Of a stretch of 64,000 nt of DNA, positions 12,567 through 25,389 are shown in pieces (position 1 is the first letter of the stretch; each line of letters begins with the position of its first letter). Both the position numbers and the translations under genes were made by a program. Source of the DNA: Eledone cirrhosa (taxonomy: Eukaryota); NCBI GenBank assembly GCA_964016885.1, contig OZ024755.1, forward strand, positions 39,246,001 through 39,310,000, read 5' to 3'. Below the pieces are notes generated by a model that saw only the letters and a program-made list of their open reading frames with translations, made no database searches and was not told the DNA's origin.

Positions 12567-13220
12567 TATAGTAGAATAATCGAGTATCGAAAAATCAGCG
12601 CACGAGTTCACGACAAACAAAATTCGATATGAGCGGCAGAGGGCTCCATAATTTAGATAAATCAGAGCTATAACTATCGTTAAAATACCGTCACACATAG
12701 AACAAGTCGATCAACCGTACGATCGAAAAGTTGCGATCTGGAAGATTCGGGACACTCAGATAAAAAATCAATAAATCAATAAATCAAATGAATGTTAAAA
12801 GCATACCCGGACCCGCTAGAAAGATATTAAATCTAGCTTCTTGGGTTTCTGTAAATCCTTAAACTGTTCTCTATCAGCTCACATAAAAATATATAAGACT
12901 TCTAGATACCAGCGGACAGGAAATTTACTTCCTCAACGAGCTTTGTCCAAACAAATGAAAAGGCATAACCCAGGATAAATACGCACATGGAATTCGGCAA
13001 GGGAGATAACCTCTATATCCGCGAAAAATATTCGGGAAAATGTGGAAATACACATATCGAATAAGAGTGCTCAATAGACATATTAAAATAAACAGGAGCT
13101 ATTCATCATTTAATAGAATCGACAAAAAATGAACAATAAAATTAACTGGTCAATAGCTAGGTCTAGAGCTAAATATAGTAGAATAATCGAGTATCGAAAA
13201 ATCGGCGCACGAGTTCACGA
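12567..13220. mobile_element. ~650-bp unit with 47-bp terminal direct repeats
   Basis: TATAGTAGAATAATCGAGTATCGAAAAATC.GCGCACGAGTTCACGA at 12567-12613 and 13174-13220. Confidence 0.6.
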
Positions 13221-13242
13221 TTTTATACATAATGTATAAATA

Positions 13243-13318
<76 letters not shown>

Positions 13319-13362
13319 TTTAAATGATGTATATATAGTGTATATATGCATTGTATAAATAG

Positions 13363-13460
<98 letters not shown>

Positions 13461-13686
13461 TATACATATATATTTATATATTTAACCTGATTGTATTTTC
13501 GTTGTTGTGGTCGCTTCTGTGACCTGTCACGCTATTTAACGTATGTTTCTTACTCTAAGGTGTAACCTATCGATTTATTGATACATTATTATTGAGTGGT
13601 TCGTGCAAATCCGAATTGTTACTTCGTGGATATTGGCCGACTGCCACAACTTCAATTTTACTAACCATCCACTCATATATATATAT

Positions 13687-13864
13687 TAATAAAATCGATA
13701 ATGTTTCGTTTACATGCATTTAGTTTTATTATTGTGTGTCGATCTATTACACACGTAACCCATAGAAGTTATGGACTCAACTCCATTATCGATCTGCTCT
13801 TCAAAGTTGCGATGCGACATGTCGATACACAATGAAAAATAAAAAGTAAACGTCATCATTTTTA

Positions 13865-13868
<4 letters not shown>
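13687..13868. mobile_element. MITE-like element with diverged inverted ends
   Basis: TTAATAAAA..CGTTTAC..ATTGTGTGTCGA mirrored by TCGATACACAAT..GTAAACG..TTTTATTAA; TA-flanked. Confidence 0.5.
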
Positions 13869-13929
<61 letters not shown>

Positions 13930-13959
13930 AGATCAAAAGATGGTTAAAAGAGTTCCATG

Positions 13960-14030
13960 TATTTTATTATACTCATTTCAAAAACAAATATCATCATGCG
14001 TTGACATTTGCGTTTTCGTCAGATAAAATA
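13960..14030 (-). ncRNA. Type I hammerhead (family B, left arm)
   Basis: Reverse complement of 14141-14211 with a few substitutions. Confidence 0.7.
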
Positions 14031-14140
14031 GGGAGACATGATATGAAGGTTAAAAAACACTTGTGATTAGTGCAGTTTTAAATCAATATATAAAACTGCA
14101 CTAATCACAAGTGTTTTTTAACCTTCATATCATGTCAACC

Positions 14141-14211
14141 TATTTTATCTGACGAAAACGCAAATGTCATCGCATGATGATATTTGTTTTTGAAATGCGC
14201 ATAATAAAATA
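14141..14211 (+). ncRNA. Type I hammerhead (family B)
   Basis: tattttat-CTGACGA-long stem II (caaatgtcatc/gatgatatttg)-GAAA-TGCGCA-TA-ataaaata; 8-bp stem I. Confidence 0.85.
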
Positions 14212-14335
14212 CATGAAACTCTTTTAACCATCTTTTGATCTTATATTATTTATACTCCAGTTCTACAAACTGTAGAGTGCTACTTAACCGATATCTGCAT
14301 TGCTTTATTGTACTACAATAAAACTCACTTCCTAC

Positions 14336-14390
<55 letters not shown>

Positions 14391-14459
14391 CTTTTTTCGA
14401 AGATCCGCAAGGTGAAACAATTGTCCTCGATAATGGTTAATTAACTGTTGTGGAACTAA

Positions 14460-14544
<85 letters not shown>

Positions 14545-14545
14545 T

Positions 14546-14745
14546 CTAGGGTGGGTAAAATTCCCGAGATCCATGGACAAGTTCTCTCCAGCGGTCTCTG
14601 TCCCTCATTATCGCTGCCATGTTCTGCGTCTCCAACAGCCCAGTGTCTGTCCTTAGGGTATCAACATACGTTAACCTTGGTCTTCCTCTTCCAGTGTGTC
14701 CATGTAGGGGCTCCCACAGGAGCACTGAGTGCAGTGTCAACTCTG
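14546..14745 (-). pseudogene. RTE-type LINE 3' fragment
   Basis: VLLWEPLHGHTGRGRPRLTYVDTL...MRDRDRWRELV. Confidence 0.75.
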
Positions 14746-14802
14746 GATGTATATATATGTGTGTTTGTGTGTATATTATATGTACATATATATATATATA
14801 TA

Positions 14803-15204
14803 TAACGAAGGAAATGTGGTAAGGAACCAGGTGGACCATAACGCACCAAAGTACTCAATACTTAGGGTAATAGAGTGAGTAATAGGAACGAGTAGGACCC
14901 CGACGGCTGAGCCCAAGCCGTTTCGACGGCTATTTCTGGACAGAATTAGCCGTCGAAACGGCTTGAGCTCAGCCGTCGGGGTCTTACTGGTTCCTATATA
15001 TATATATATATATATAACGAAGGAAATGTGGTAAGGAACCAGGTGGACCATAACGCACCAAAGAACTCAATACTTGAGGTAGTAGAGTGGGTAATAGGAA
15101 CCAGTAAGACCCCGACAGCTGAGCTCAAGCCGTTTCGACGGCTAATTCAGTCCAGAATTAGCCGTCGAAACGGCTTGAGCTCAGCTGTCGGGGTCTTACT
15201 GGTT

Positions 15205-15208
<4 letters not shown>
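14803..15208. mobile_element. Two tandem family N fold-back elements separated by (TA)n
   Basis: 14803-14996 and 15015-15208, same boundaries as 3491-3683. Confidence 0.85.
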
Positions 15209-15288
<80 letters not shown>

Positions 15289-15611
15289 GTATATATATAC
15301 AATGTGTATATTTGGTGCATATATGTTCCGATAATACTGGTGTTAAGTTGTATCTTCCTTTCCATTTCCTATGGCCAACACCAGTGATATGTATTGGGAG
15401 ATTGTTATTCGTGGGTGATGGTTGGCCTCCCATAAATCAGGAACTAGGTGCAGAACCCTGGCTAGTCATGACCAAAAGGAGCTTGTTTAAGTTTTCGTGA
15501 ACAGATGGGACATGAGAGATATTTGTGTGTAAGTTATCGTGGGTAGGGCTAATCACATTTAGTTGTATATCTACTCGGGGGAATCTCAACAATCACCAGC
15601 AATAATAATAC

Positions 15612-16120
15612 TGGTTTCTACTATACACACAATGCCAGTAATTTGGGGGAAGGGGAAAGTCGATTAAATCCGCCTCAGTACATTACTGGTACTTTATTTT
15701 ATCGCCCCATAAGGATGAAAAACAAAGCTAACCTCAACAGGATTTGAACTCAGATCGTAAAGTGGCGTAACCCTATACCATAAAGCATGTTGTCCGGCGC
15801 TCTACTAATTTCACATCTAATTTACTGCCCTTAATAATAATTGTTTCTACTTTAGGCACAAGGCCAGCAATTACCCAGTGCATTACTGGTACTTTATTTT
15901 ATCGACTCCGTAAGGATGAAAGGCAAAGTCAACCTCGGCGGGATTTGAACTCAGATCGTAAAGGGACGTAACTATGCTGGAAAGCATGTCATCCGACCCT
16001 CTACCGATACTGGCAACCCACCGCCACTGACCTTAATAATAATAATCATTATTATTATTTCTACTATAGGCACAAGGCCAGCAATTTTGAGGAAAGGAAA
16101 GTCGATTAAATCGACCCCAG
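15612..16120 (-). mobile_element. Three family 1 SINEs (the last truncated at the LINE junction)
   Basis: Family motifs, AAT-rich spacers. Confidence 0.85.
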
Positions 16121-17170
16121 TCTATTTTACAAGCATGAACGAATTAAGAAACTACATTCAATACAAAAGAGGCAAGCAAATTTAGACAAAAACTGAACAT
16201 GGAACAAGACATCCCATAGCAAATTAACAACAGAGTGCTGCACAACTAGCTATGTCTGTGAAGATCAAAGCCAAGAAACTCCAAACAGAGGAACTAAACC
16301 GTGAATGGAAGGCAAACCCACTACATGGTATATTCCCAGAACGACTCTCTGACAATAATATCGATCAACATGACTCACTATCCTGGCTCAGAAGTGTTGG
16401 TTTGAAAGCAGAGACTGAGGGACTCTTAGTTGCTGCACAAGACCAATCTCTAAACACTCCGGCCTATAGACAGAGAATAGTGAAAGATGGACTAGCCCTC
16501 TGCAGAATATGATACAAACATGAAGAAACGGTAGATCATGTTATCTCCGGGTGTTCAGAGCTGGTAAAAACTTACTATATAGAAATACACAACCGCATTG
16601 CCAAATATGTGCACTGGATGCTCTGCCGCTTTCATGATATCCAAATGTCTAACAAAGGGTATGAATATCAACCAAAAACAGTTATAGAAAAGGGCAATGT
16701 CTGGGATATCAGAGGCATATCTTGTGGGATATGCGTGTGATAACCGACCAGAAATCACTGCCAACAGAGCAGATATAATAAAATAAAAAAAAAGCAGATC
16801 TGACATGTAGCTTTATAGATATTTCTGTACCAGCTGACAAGAATACATTTATAAAAACAATGGAAAAACTGTCAAAATACAAAGACCTGGAAATAGAGAT
16901 GAACCACATGTTTAGGATGACCACAAACACTATCCCTGTGGTAATAGAAGTATTAGGATTAATACCCAAATCCTCAGACCTGCACCTTAGTGTCCTTACC
17001 TGCAAGGTCAGCAAATATGAGCTACAGAAGATTGGGCTACTAGCAACAGCACACATTCTCAGACAAGTTCTCCCTCTACAATGAAAACCTCTATTGCCCT
17101 AGGTTTAAGGTCTGAACCCGGCAATGGAGAAACAAAACTGAGCTAAATGAAATAACACAACAATAATAAT
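16121..17170 (+). pseudogene. Dong/R4-like non-LTR retrotransposon 3' fragment (CCHC + RLE endonuclease)
   Basis: LKAETEGLLVAAQDQSL, CRI*..ETVDHVISGC, HNRIAKYVHW, NRP/IDISVP, EKLSKYKDL; AAC/AAT tail. Confidence 0.85.
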
Positions 17171-17508
17171 TGTTTCTACTTTTGGCACAAGGCCAGCAAT
17201 GACTCCAGTCCATTACTGGTACTTTATTTTATCGACCCCGTAAGGATGAAAGGTAAAGTTAACCTCAGCGGGATTTGAACACAGGGCCTAAAGGGCCATA
17301 ACTCTATGCTGCAATAATAATAATAATAATAATTGTTCTACTTTAGGCACAAGGCCAGCACATACCCAGTGCATTACTGGTACTTTATTTTATTGACCCC
17401 GTAAGGATGAAAGGCAAAGTTAACCTCGGCGGGATTTGAACTCAGAATGGCAAGGGCTGTAACTCTTTGCGTCAAAGCATGGCGTCCGACCCTCTACCGA
17501 TACTGCCA
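17168..17508 (-). mobile_element. Two family 1 SINEs within (AAT)n
   Basis: Family motifs. Confidence 0.85.
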
Positions 17509-17899
17509 AATAATAATAATAATAATAATAATAAGAAGAAGAAGAAGGAAGAAGTTTTTCAAGAAAATCTTTATATAGAATCCACCGACCGACTTAGTCC
17601 GAGTAATGTAGTGTGTAAATACATACTTTGTGTGGATGACATAAGGTTTATTCTCATAAAATCTATAATAAACAGGCTTCCACTACCATCAGGTGGATAT
17701 TTGATATTTTACTATCTCAGATTCAGTATATTATATGATTGAATAGGTCAGGCCATCGTAACAGCTGACTCACCACGTCTAATATTAACAGCTGGTAAAT
17801 TAAAGAACGAGAAAGTGTAACATAAACACTATAATAAACAATATAATATTACAAACAATAATAATCTTTTCAAAGTTCTAGCATAAACTCTTTTTCTGT

Positions 17900-18315
17900 G
17901 TTTCCCACTTATTCCTGGGGACTGGTGGTCGTGAGCGCAGAGTCCCCAAACAACTCTTCCAGTGAGTCCTGTCAGAAGCAATTATCTCCAACAGATCCGG
18001 TGAGGCCCCTAAGTGAGATGAGCCGTCCACATGGATGTTATCCAACCATCTTAATCGGAATCAAGCTCTGGGTCCTCTTCTCGGTTGGTTTTGTCCAGCG
18101 ATTCTTTCCATAGACATTCTAACCAGATGGCTTAAGTATCGGAGCTGTGATCTCTCGATTTGGAGAAGTAGTGGCTCTATCTGGAGCAACTCTCTGATCT
18201 CCAAGCTACGCACTCTAATCACGTAACCTTACTCCAAAGATCCCTCGGAGAAATTCCATTTCGGCCGCTTGTATTCGAAATCGTATTCTTTCGGTCATTT
18301 CCCAAGATTCATAAA
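17900..18315 (-). pseudogene. RTE-clade LINE RT C-terminal fragment
   Basis: Minus strand reads YESWEMTERIRFRIQAAEMEFLRGI...IEPLLLQIERSQLRYLSHLVRM. Confidence 0.8.
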
Positions 18316-19189
18316 TATATTTAAAGGTTGACACTAATTTCGGAGCAAAAATATGTTTTTGTCCGGCGCCTTAATGATTCGGCTAATCCACCGACATTAA
18401 TTTCTTATCTATGTAAAATGTCAGACATATGAAAGAAAGATAACTGGATTGCATGGAGCCAGGTTTGTTACTGTTAACGTTTAATTAATTATTTCACCTA
18501 TAATTGGTGGCTGCTAAAGTTTAATCGATTGAGGAAGGATTAAAGTTGGCTAGGTGTATAACTTCTACCGTTGTCTTATCAAGGGCGTGTGGGCGTTGAT
18601 GTTCTCTCTCTTTCACTCATTGCTTCCGTCTCTCTCGCTCTCCCCATCTCTCACTATTATAAGCAAAGGGGTGCCAACGCGCTGACACCCCTGCGGCCCC
18701 GGTGGACAGAATAGAGAAGGCGTTTCCTCGGAGTATTCCTTGTGAGGGAGACGCGTTGGAATAGCCATTCCAGAGGCTCACACCTGCAGGTAGCCAACTC
18801 CATGTCGATAATGGTGAGTAGTGAGGTTATCCTAGAGCCAAGGACACGAGAAGTCTTCGCTAGGTTGTCCCAGACTTACAAATAGGTTGAGTTGTAGCCC
18901 AGAACTTCAAAGAGCATGGTACTCTAGCCTAGAGCCCTTAATTTCTGCAGTCTGGCACTGCTGCCAGTCGTTATAACCGCGTAACAGTTGGCAATGTGGT
19001 TAAATAAATAACGTGTCAGCTTTCAGTCTTAGTAAGGTAATCTATATTGATTGTGCTGCATAAAATGGAAATACAGAAGAAAGGTAACTGGTGTTGAATA
19101 CTGATTGAAAGAGAAAGACGTGGGATAAAAGATGTGTACTTCTATCAGACTTATACACAGATAACTCAACAAAGAGGAAGTAGCACGCC

Positions 19190-19640
19190 ATCACATGAAC
19201 AAACTTACATATACACACATAAATAGGCACACATACACACATACGTACATAAACACACACACACACATACACACATACATATATACGTGCATAAACACAC
19301 ACACATAAATAGGCACACACACGCACATACGTACGTACATAATCACACATACACATACATAGGCACACACACGCACATACGTACGTACACATACACACAT
19401 ACATATATACGTGCATAAACACACACACATACATACACACATACATATATACGTGCATAAACACTCACACATAAATGGGCATAGACACGCACATACGTAC
19501 GTACATAAACACACATACACATACACACATACATATATACGTGCATAAACACACACACATAAACAGACACAAACACATACACACATACACACATACATAC
19601 ATATATATATGTGAACACACGCACACACATATATATGTGT
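19190..19640. repeat. Compound CA/CATA minisatellite
   Basis: Recurring ATATATACGTGCATAAACACACAC blocks. Confidence 0.8.
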
Positions 19641-20020
19641 GAGTATATATGATAAGAAGAATAGACAATTATCTAATAGTAAACAAATAACAATTACTTG
19701 GATACCAGACCATACAGATATTAGGGGAAACAGGAAAAGAAAGCAGATGAAAGTAAAACAGGGAGCATAAAGGGAGACAATAAATATAAATTATGTTCCA
19801 AATCTCTCGTATGTCAAGTTATTTAGCAAAATCGTAATTAATCCAGGGAAAGGTGTGGGGTAGAATCTAGAGATAACTTCTCAAATTTCAACCCGTCATT
19901 ATCTCAGTCAGATTTTTTCAACATTTAAAACGTATCAGGTAGTGAATAATGTCAGTAAACAACGAGTATCCTGGCTTCAAACGAACCATATAACGAAGAA
20001 CTACATTTTATCACGAACAG

Positions 20021-20149
20021 GCTTGTGGAAACTAACCAGAATCTGCACCAATGTAGAAAGTATGAGGATATCTTGAAGCTAATCATTAAAGAACTGCCTT
20101 TATTGGAAGTACAATATATTGTCAAATGTCTAGCACAGAGGTTATCAAG
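20021..20149 (+). CDS. Candidate host coding exon (unknown protein)
   Basis: aacag|...AAG|gtaggc; 129 nt open as LVETNQNLHQCRKYEDILKLIIKELPLLEVQYIVKCLAQRLS. Confidence 0.4.
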
Positions 20150-20377
20150 GTAGGCACTACAGCCCACCCACCCCACCCCGAGGGGTCTTGAGGCGGTAGA
20201 GGGGGCGCTGGGGTCTAAGGAGGTGGTAGAGATGATATAATAGTATATTAAATAGCAAATTACACATATTATATATAAATATAGTAAAATAAAGAATATA
20301 TAAATATTTATTTATACATAGTATATATAATATTATTTATTATATATAAATTAACGATTTTATTTACTGTAGATTTA

Positions 20378-20557
20378 CGGTGGATTGGCAGTATCGGTAG
20401 AGGGTCGGACGCCATGCTTTGCAACATAGAGTTACGGTCCTTTATGATCTGAGTTCAAATCCTGCCGAGGTTAACTTTGCCTTTCATCCTTACGAGATCG
20501 ATAAAATAAAGTACCAATAATACACTGATAAAATTATTGGCCTTGTGTCAAAAGTGG
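20378..20557 (+). mobile_element. SINE family 1
   Basis: GGTGGATTGGCAGTATCGG A box, GTTCAAATCC B box, core domain. Confidence 0.9.
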
Positions 20558-20589
20558 AATTAGCGTGTAGGCAGGTCTCACTGGAAATA

Positions 20590-20760
20590 GGGTCGGTCTT
20601 TTCAATTGCTAGTACTATCTATCGGTCGCAACTCCAGGTAGAGGGAGCAACGTGAAATAAAGTGTCTTGCTCAAGGACATAACGCATCGCCCGGTCCAAG
20701 AATCGAACTCACAACCTCACGATTGCGAAACCAATTCTCTAACAACTCATCCAGACGCCT
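20590..20760 (-). mobile_element. SINE family 2 (CORE-like)
   Basis: Matches 2350-2517. Confidence 0.75.
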
Positions 20761-20799
20761 TCATTAAATACTTCGGCAAAATTAAGTCAAAAACCATAC

Positions 20800-21471
20800 T
20801 ACTAATACTACTACCACAACCACTACCACTATTACTACTACTACTACTACTACCACAACCACTACCACTATTACTACTACTACTACTACTACTACTAGTA
20901 GTAGTGATGCAGTAGTAGTAATGTGATATTGTAGTGGTAGTGATGTGGTGGTGACGGTGTAGTGGCGATGAAGTGGCGATGAAGTGGTAGTGGTGATGTA
21001 GTGCTAGTGGTAGTGGTAGTGGTGATGTAGTGGTAGTGGTAGTGGTAGTGGTGATGTAGTGGTAGTGGTAGTGATAGTGGTAGTGGTGATGTAGTGGTAG
21101 TGGTAGTGGTAGTGGTGATGTAGTGGTAGTGGTAGTGATAGTGGTAGTGGTGATGTAGTGGTAGTGGTAGTGATAGTGGTAGTGGTGATGTAGTGCTAGT
21201 GGTAGTGGTAGTGGTGATGTAGTGGTAGTGGTAGTGATAGTGGTAGTGGTGATGTAGTGCTAGTGGTAGTGGTAGTGGTGATGTAGTGGTAGTGGTAGTG
21301 ATAGTGGTAGTAGTGATGTAGTGGTAGTGATGTAGTGGTAGTGGTAGTGATAGTGGTAGTGGTGGTGGTGGTGTAGTGGTGATGTAGTGGTAGTGGTAGT
21401 AGTAGTGATGGTGGTAGTGGTGATGTAGTGGTGATGTAGTGGTAGTGGTAGTGGTAGTTGTAGTGGTAGTG
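20800..21471. repeat. (CTA)n switching to (GTA/GTG/GAT)n triplet tract
   Basis: Direct inspection; strand flip at ~20898. Confidence 0.9.
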
Positions 21472-24395
21472 ATATATCTATCAGGTCAGGTCCTTCTTAA
21501 CATCTGTGACCCCACATTGATATGGTGTAATATACCCACATCTGGTCAGGTCCTTCTTAACATCTGTGACCCAACATTGATATGGTGTAATATACCCACA
21601 TCTGGTCAGGTCCTTCTTAACACATGTGACCACACATTGATATGGTGTAATATATACATCTGGTCAGGTCCTTCTTAACATCTGTGACCCAACATTGATA
21701 TGGTGTAATATACACATCTGGTCAGTTTCTTCTTAACATCTGTGACCCAACATTGATATGGTGTAATATACCCACATCTGGTCAGGTCCTTCTTAACATC
21801 TGTGACCCAACATTGATATGGTGTAATATACACATCTGGTCAGGTCCTTCTTAACATCTGTGACCCAACATTGATATGGTGTAATATACCCAAATCTGGT
21901 CAGGTCCTTCTTAACATCTGTGACCCCACATTGATATGGTGTAATATACCCACATCTGGTCAGGTCCTTCTTAACACATGTGACCACACATTGATATGGT
22001 GTAATATACACATCTGGTCAGGTCCTTCTTAACATCTGTAGCCCAACATTGATATGGTGTAATATACACATCTGGTCAGGTCCCTCTTAACATCTGTGAC
22101 CCCACATTGATATGGTGTAACATACCCACATCTGGTCAGGTCCTTCTTAACATCTGTGACCCAACATTAATATGGTGTAATATACACATCTGGTCAGGTT
22201 TCTGTTAACATCTGTGACCCAACATTGATATGGTGTAATATACACATCTGGTCACGCACATCTTAACATCTGTGACCCAACATTGATATGATGTAATATA
22301 CCCACATCTTGTCAGGTCCCCTTCTTAACATGTGTGCCCCAACATTGATATGGAGTAATATACCCACATCTGGTCAGGTTTATCTTAGTATCTGTGACCC
22401 AACATTGATATGGTGTAATATACCGATATCTCGTCAGATTCTTTTTAACATTTGTGACCCAACATTGATATGGTGTAATATACACATCTGGTCAGTTTCT
22501 TCTTAACATCTGTGACCCAACATTGATATCGTGTAATATACACATCTGGTCAGGTCCTTCTTAACATCTGTGATCCAACATTGATATGTTGTAATATAAC
22601 CACATCTGGTTAGTTTCTTCTTAACATCTGCGACCCAACATTGATATGGTGTAATATACACATCTGGTCAGGTGCTTCTTACCATCTGTGACCCCACATA
22701 GATATGGTGCAATATACACATCTGGTCAGTTTCTTCTTACCATCTGTGACCCAACATTCATATGGTGTAATATACACATCTGGTCTGGTTCTTCTTAACA
22801 TCTGTGACCCAACATTCATATGGTGTAATATACACATCTGGTCAGGTCCTTCTTACCATCTGTGACCCAACATTCATATGGTGTAATATACACATCTGGT
22901 CAGGTCCTTCTTAACATCTGTGACCCAACATTCATATGGTGTAATATACACATCTGGTCAGGTCCTTCTTACCATCTGTGACCCAACATTCATATGGTGT
23001 AATATACACATCTGGTCTGGTTCTTCTTAACATCTGTGACCCAACATTCATATGGTGTAATATACACATCTGGTCAGGTCCTTCTTACCATCTGTGACCC
23101 AACATTCATATGGTGTAATATACACATCTGGTCTGGTTCTTCTTAACATCTGTGACCCAACATTGATATGGTGTAATATACACATCTGGTCAGGTTCTTC
23201 TTAACATCTGTGACCCAGCATTGATATTGTGTAATATTCACATCTGGTCAGGTTTATCTTAGCATCTGTGACCCAACATTGATATGGTGTAATATACCGA
23301 CATCTGGTCGGATTCTTCTTAACATCTGTGACCTAACATTGATATGGTGTAATATACACATCTGGTCAGCCCCTTCTTAACATCTGTGACCCAGCATTGA
23401 TATGGTGTAATATTCACATCCGGTCAGGTCCTTCTTAACATCTGTGACCCAACATTGATATGGTGTAATATACCGACATCTGGTCAGATCCTTATTAACA
23501 TCTGTGACCGAACATTGATATGGTGTAATATAACCACATCTGGTTAGTTTCTTCTTAACATCTGCGATCCAACATTGATATGGTGTAATATACACATCTG
23601 GTCAGGTCCTTCTCAACATCTGTGACCCAACATTGATATGGAGTAATATACACATCTGGTCAGGTCCTTCTTAACATCTGTGACCCCACATTTATAAGGT
23701 GTAATATACCCACATCTGATCAGTTATTTCTTAACATCTGTGACCCTACATAGATATGGTGTAATATACCCACATCTGGTGACGTCCTTCTTAACATCTG
23801 TGACACAACATTGATATGGCGTAATATACACATCTGGTCAGGTCCTTCCTAACATCTGTGGCCCAAAATTGATATGGTGCAATATACACATCTGGTCAAG
23901 CCCTTTTTAACATCTGTGACCCAACATTGATATGGTGTAATATACACATCTGGTCAGGTCCTTCTTAACATCTGTGACCTAACATTGATATGGTGTAATA
24001 TACACATCTGGTCAGGTCTTAACATATGTGGCCCAACATTGATATGGAGTAATATACCCACATCTGGTCAGGCCCTTCTCAACATATGTCACCCAACATT
24101 GATATGGTGTAATATACACATCTGGTCAGGCCCTTCTTAACATCTGTGGCCCAACATTGATATGGTGTAATATACCCACATCTGGTCAGGTCTTAACATA
24201 TGTGGCCCAACATTGATATGGAGTAATATACCCACATCTGGTCAGGTCCTTCTTAACATCTGTGACCCAACATTGATATAGTGTAATATACATATCTGGT
24301 CAGTCCCTTCTTAACATATGTGACCCCACCTTGATATGGTGTAATATAGACATCTGGTCAGTTCCTTCTTAAAATATGTAACCCAACATTGATAA
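21472..24395. repeat. 58/60-bp minisatellite, ~50 copies
   Basis: Unit CATCTGGTCAGGTCCTTCTTAACATCTGTGACCCAACATTGATATGGTGTAATATAC(CC)A. Confidence 0.97.
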
Positions 24396-24479
24396 AATGC
24401 ATGATCGAAAATGTAGTCAAGCTCCTGATATGTATTTCTTTCGCTCCCCCCAAGCCAGGTAATAAAGCCACTAAAATGC

Positions 24480-24700
24480 AAGGAATTACTGAGAAGGGAG
24501 GACAATAGAGAAAGAATACAATTCATGAAAAGAGTAGACAATGATGTCTTTCTGTAAATTGTTCAGGAAAGTTAGAAGCCGGAAAAGAATTCCATAGGTG
24601 AGATTTGCGTAGGAGAAGGCTATCATAATAGATTTTACGCGTACATTTAGGATCGTCACCAGTAAAATGATGATCTAGATTTGACCGTAAATTTGAAATG
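24480..24700 (-). pseudogene. Decayed Jockey/CR1-like LINE 3' fragment
   Basis: RKSHLWNSFPASNFP resembles the RT-downstream LWNSLP motif. Confidence 0.4.
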
Positions 24701-25389
24701 ACATTTAAACTCATAGTAAAACGATAAGACCTACCCATAAATTGGGTATTACGTTTAAAATTATCTATGGACAATGTAAAAATAACATTCGTTCCTTGAT
24801 CCTGAAAGAAAATGTAATTTTCCTTTATGACTAGTTTTGCGAAATTTATGGAATAACATCTGTATTTTCTGAATACGCCAACGTTACATTGGAACATCTA
24901 TGTATAATTATATTTTTGTTTCATTACACAAAAAGATCTGGATATTGGAATAAACTCGGTGCCATTGTTCTTTTTCTTCTGTCGAATAAATCCTAGGTGT
25001 TATTAATGTCATAGTTAAGAAATCCCTTGCCTCGTGCTGCTAGTTTCTTAATTTAAATATTTTTTACCTCTTCTTTTATTACTATCTCATTCCATATTAT
25101 ATAATTATATTCCTTCCTTTATTACCAGCTATTTTACCCTGTTTTATGGCCATCAATTCTCTCACCAGTTCTCATCGTATTTTATAGAAATCCTTCATCA
25201 ATTAATGTATTGGCCTGTTTTATTTGTTTCTTGTAAATAAGGTAAATCTAATATTTTATGTCACTGAAAGACTCTCTCCTAATCCATCACCATGTGTGAC
25301 CTATCGACCTTTATGATGATGCGGAGTGAGGGAAACAAGCTAATCTGTCCCTCATGACATAACCGTAAATTATTTATTATTTCCGTGTC

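Larger units (their letters stand above)
13922..14340. mobile_element. Fold-back hammerhead element (family B)
   Basis: Palindrome 13922-14250 centred ~14086; the right arm runs ~90 bp further to (TA)n. Confidence 0.85.

Noticed and set aside
3790-20760. A/B boxes suggesting tRNA genes
   Set aside because: They are SINE heads followed by core and tail domains; no complete cloverleaf seen
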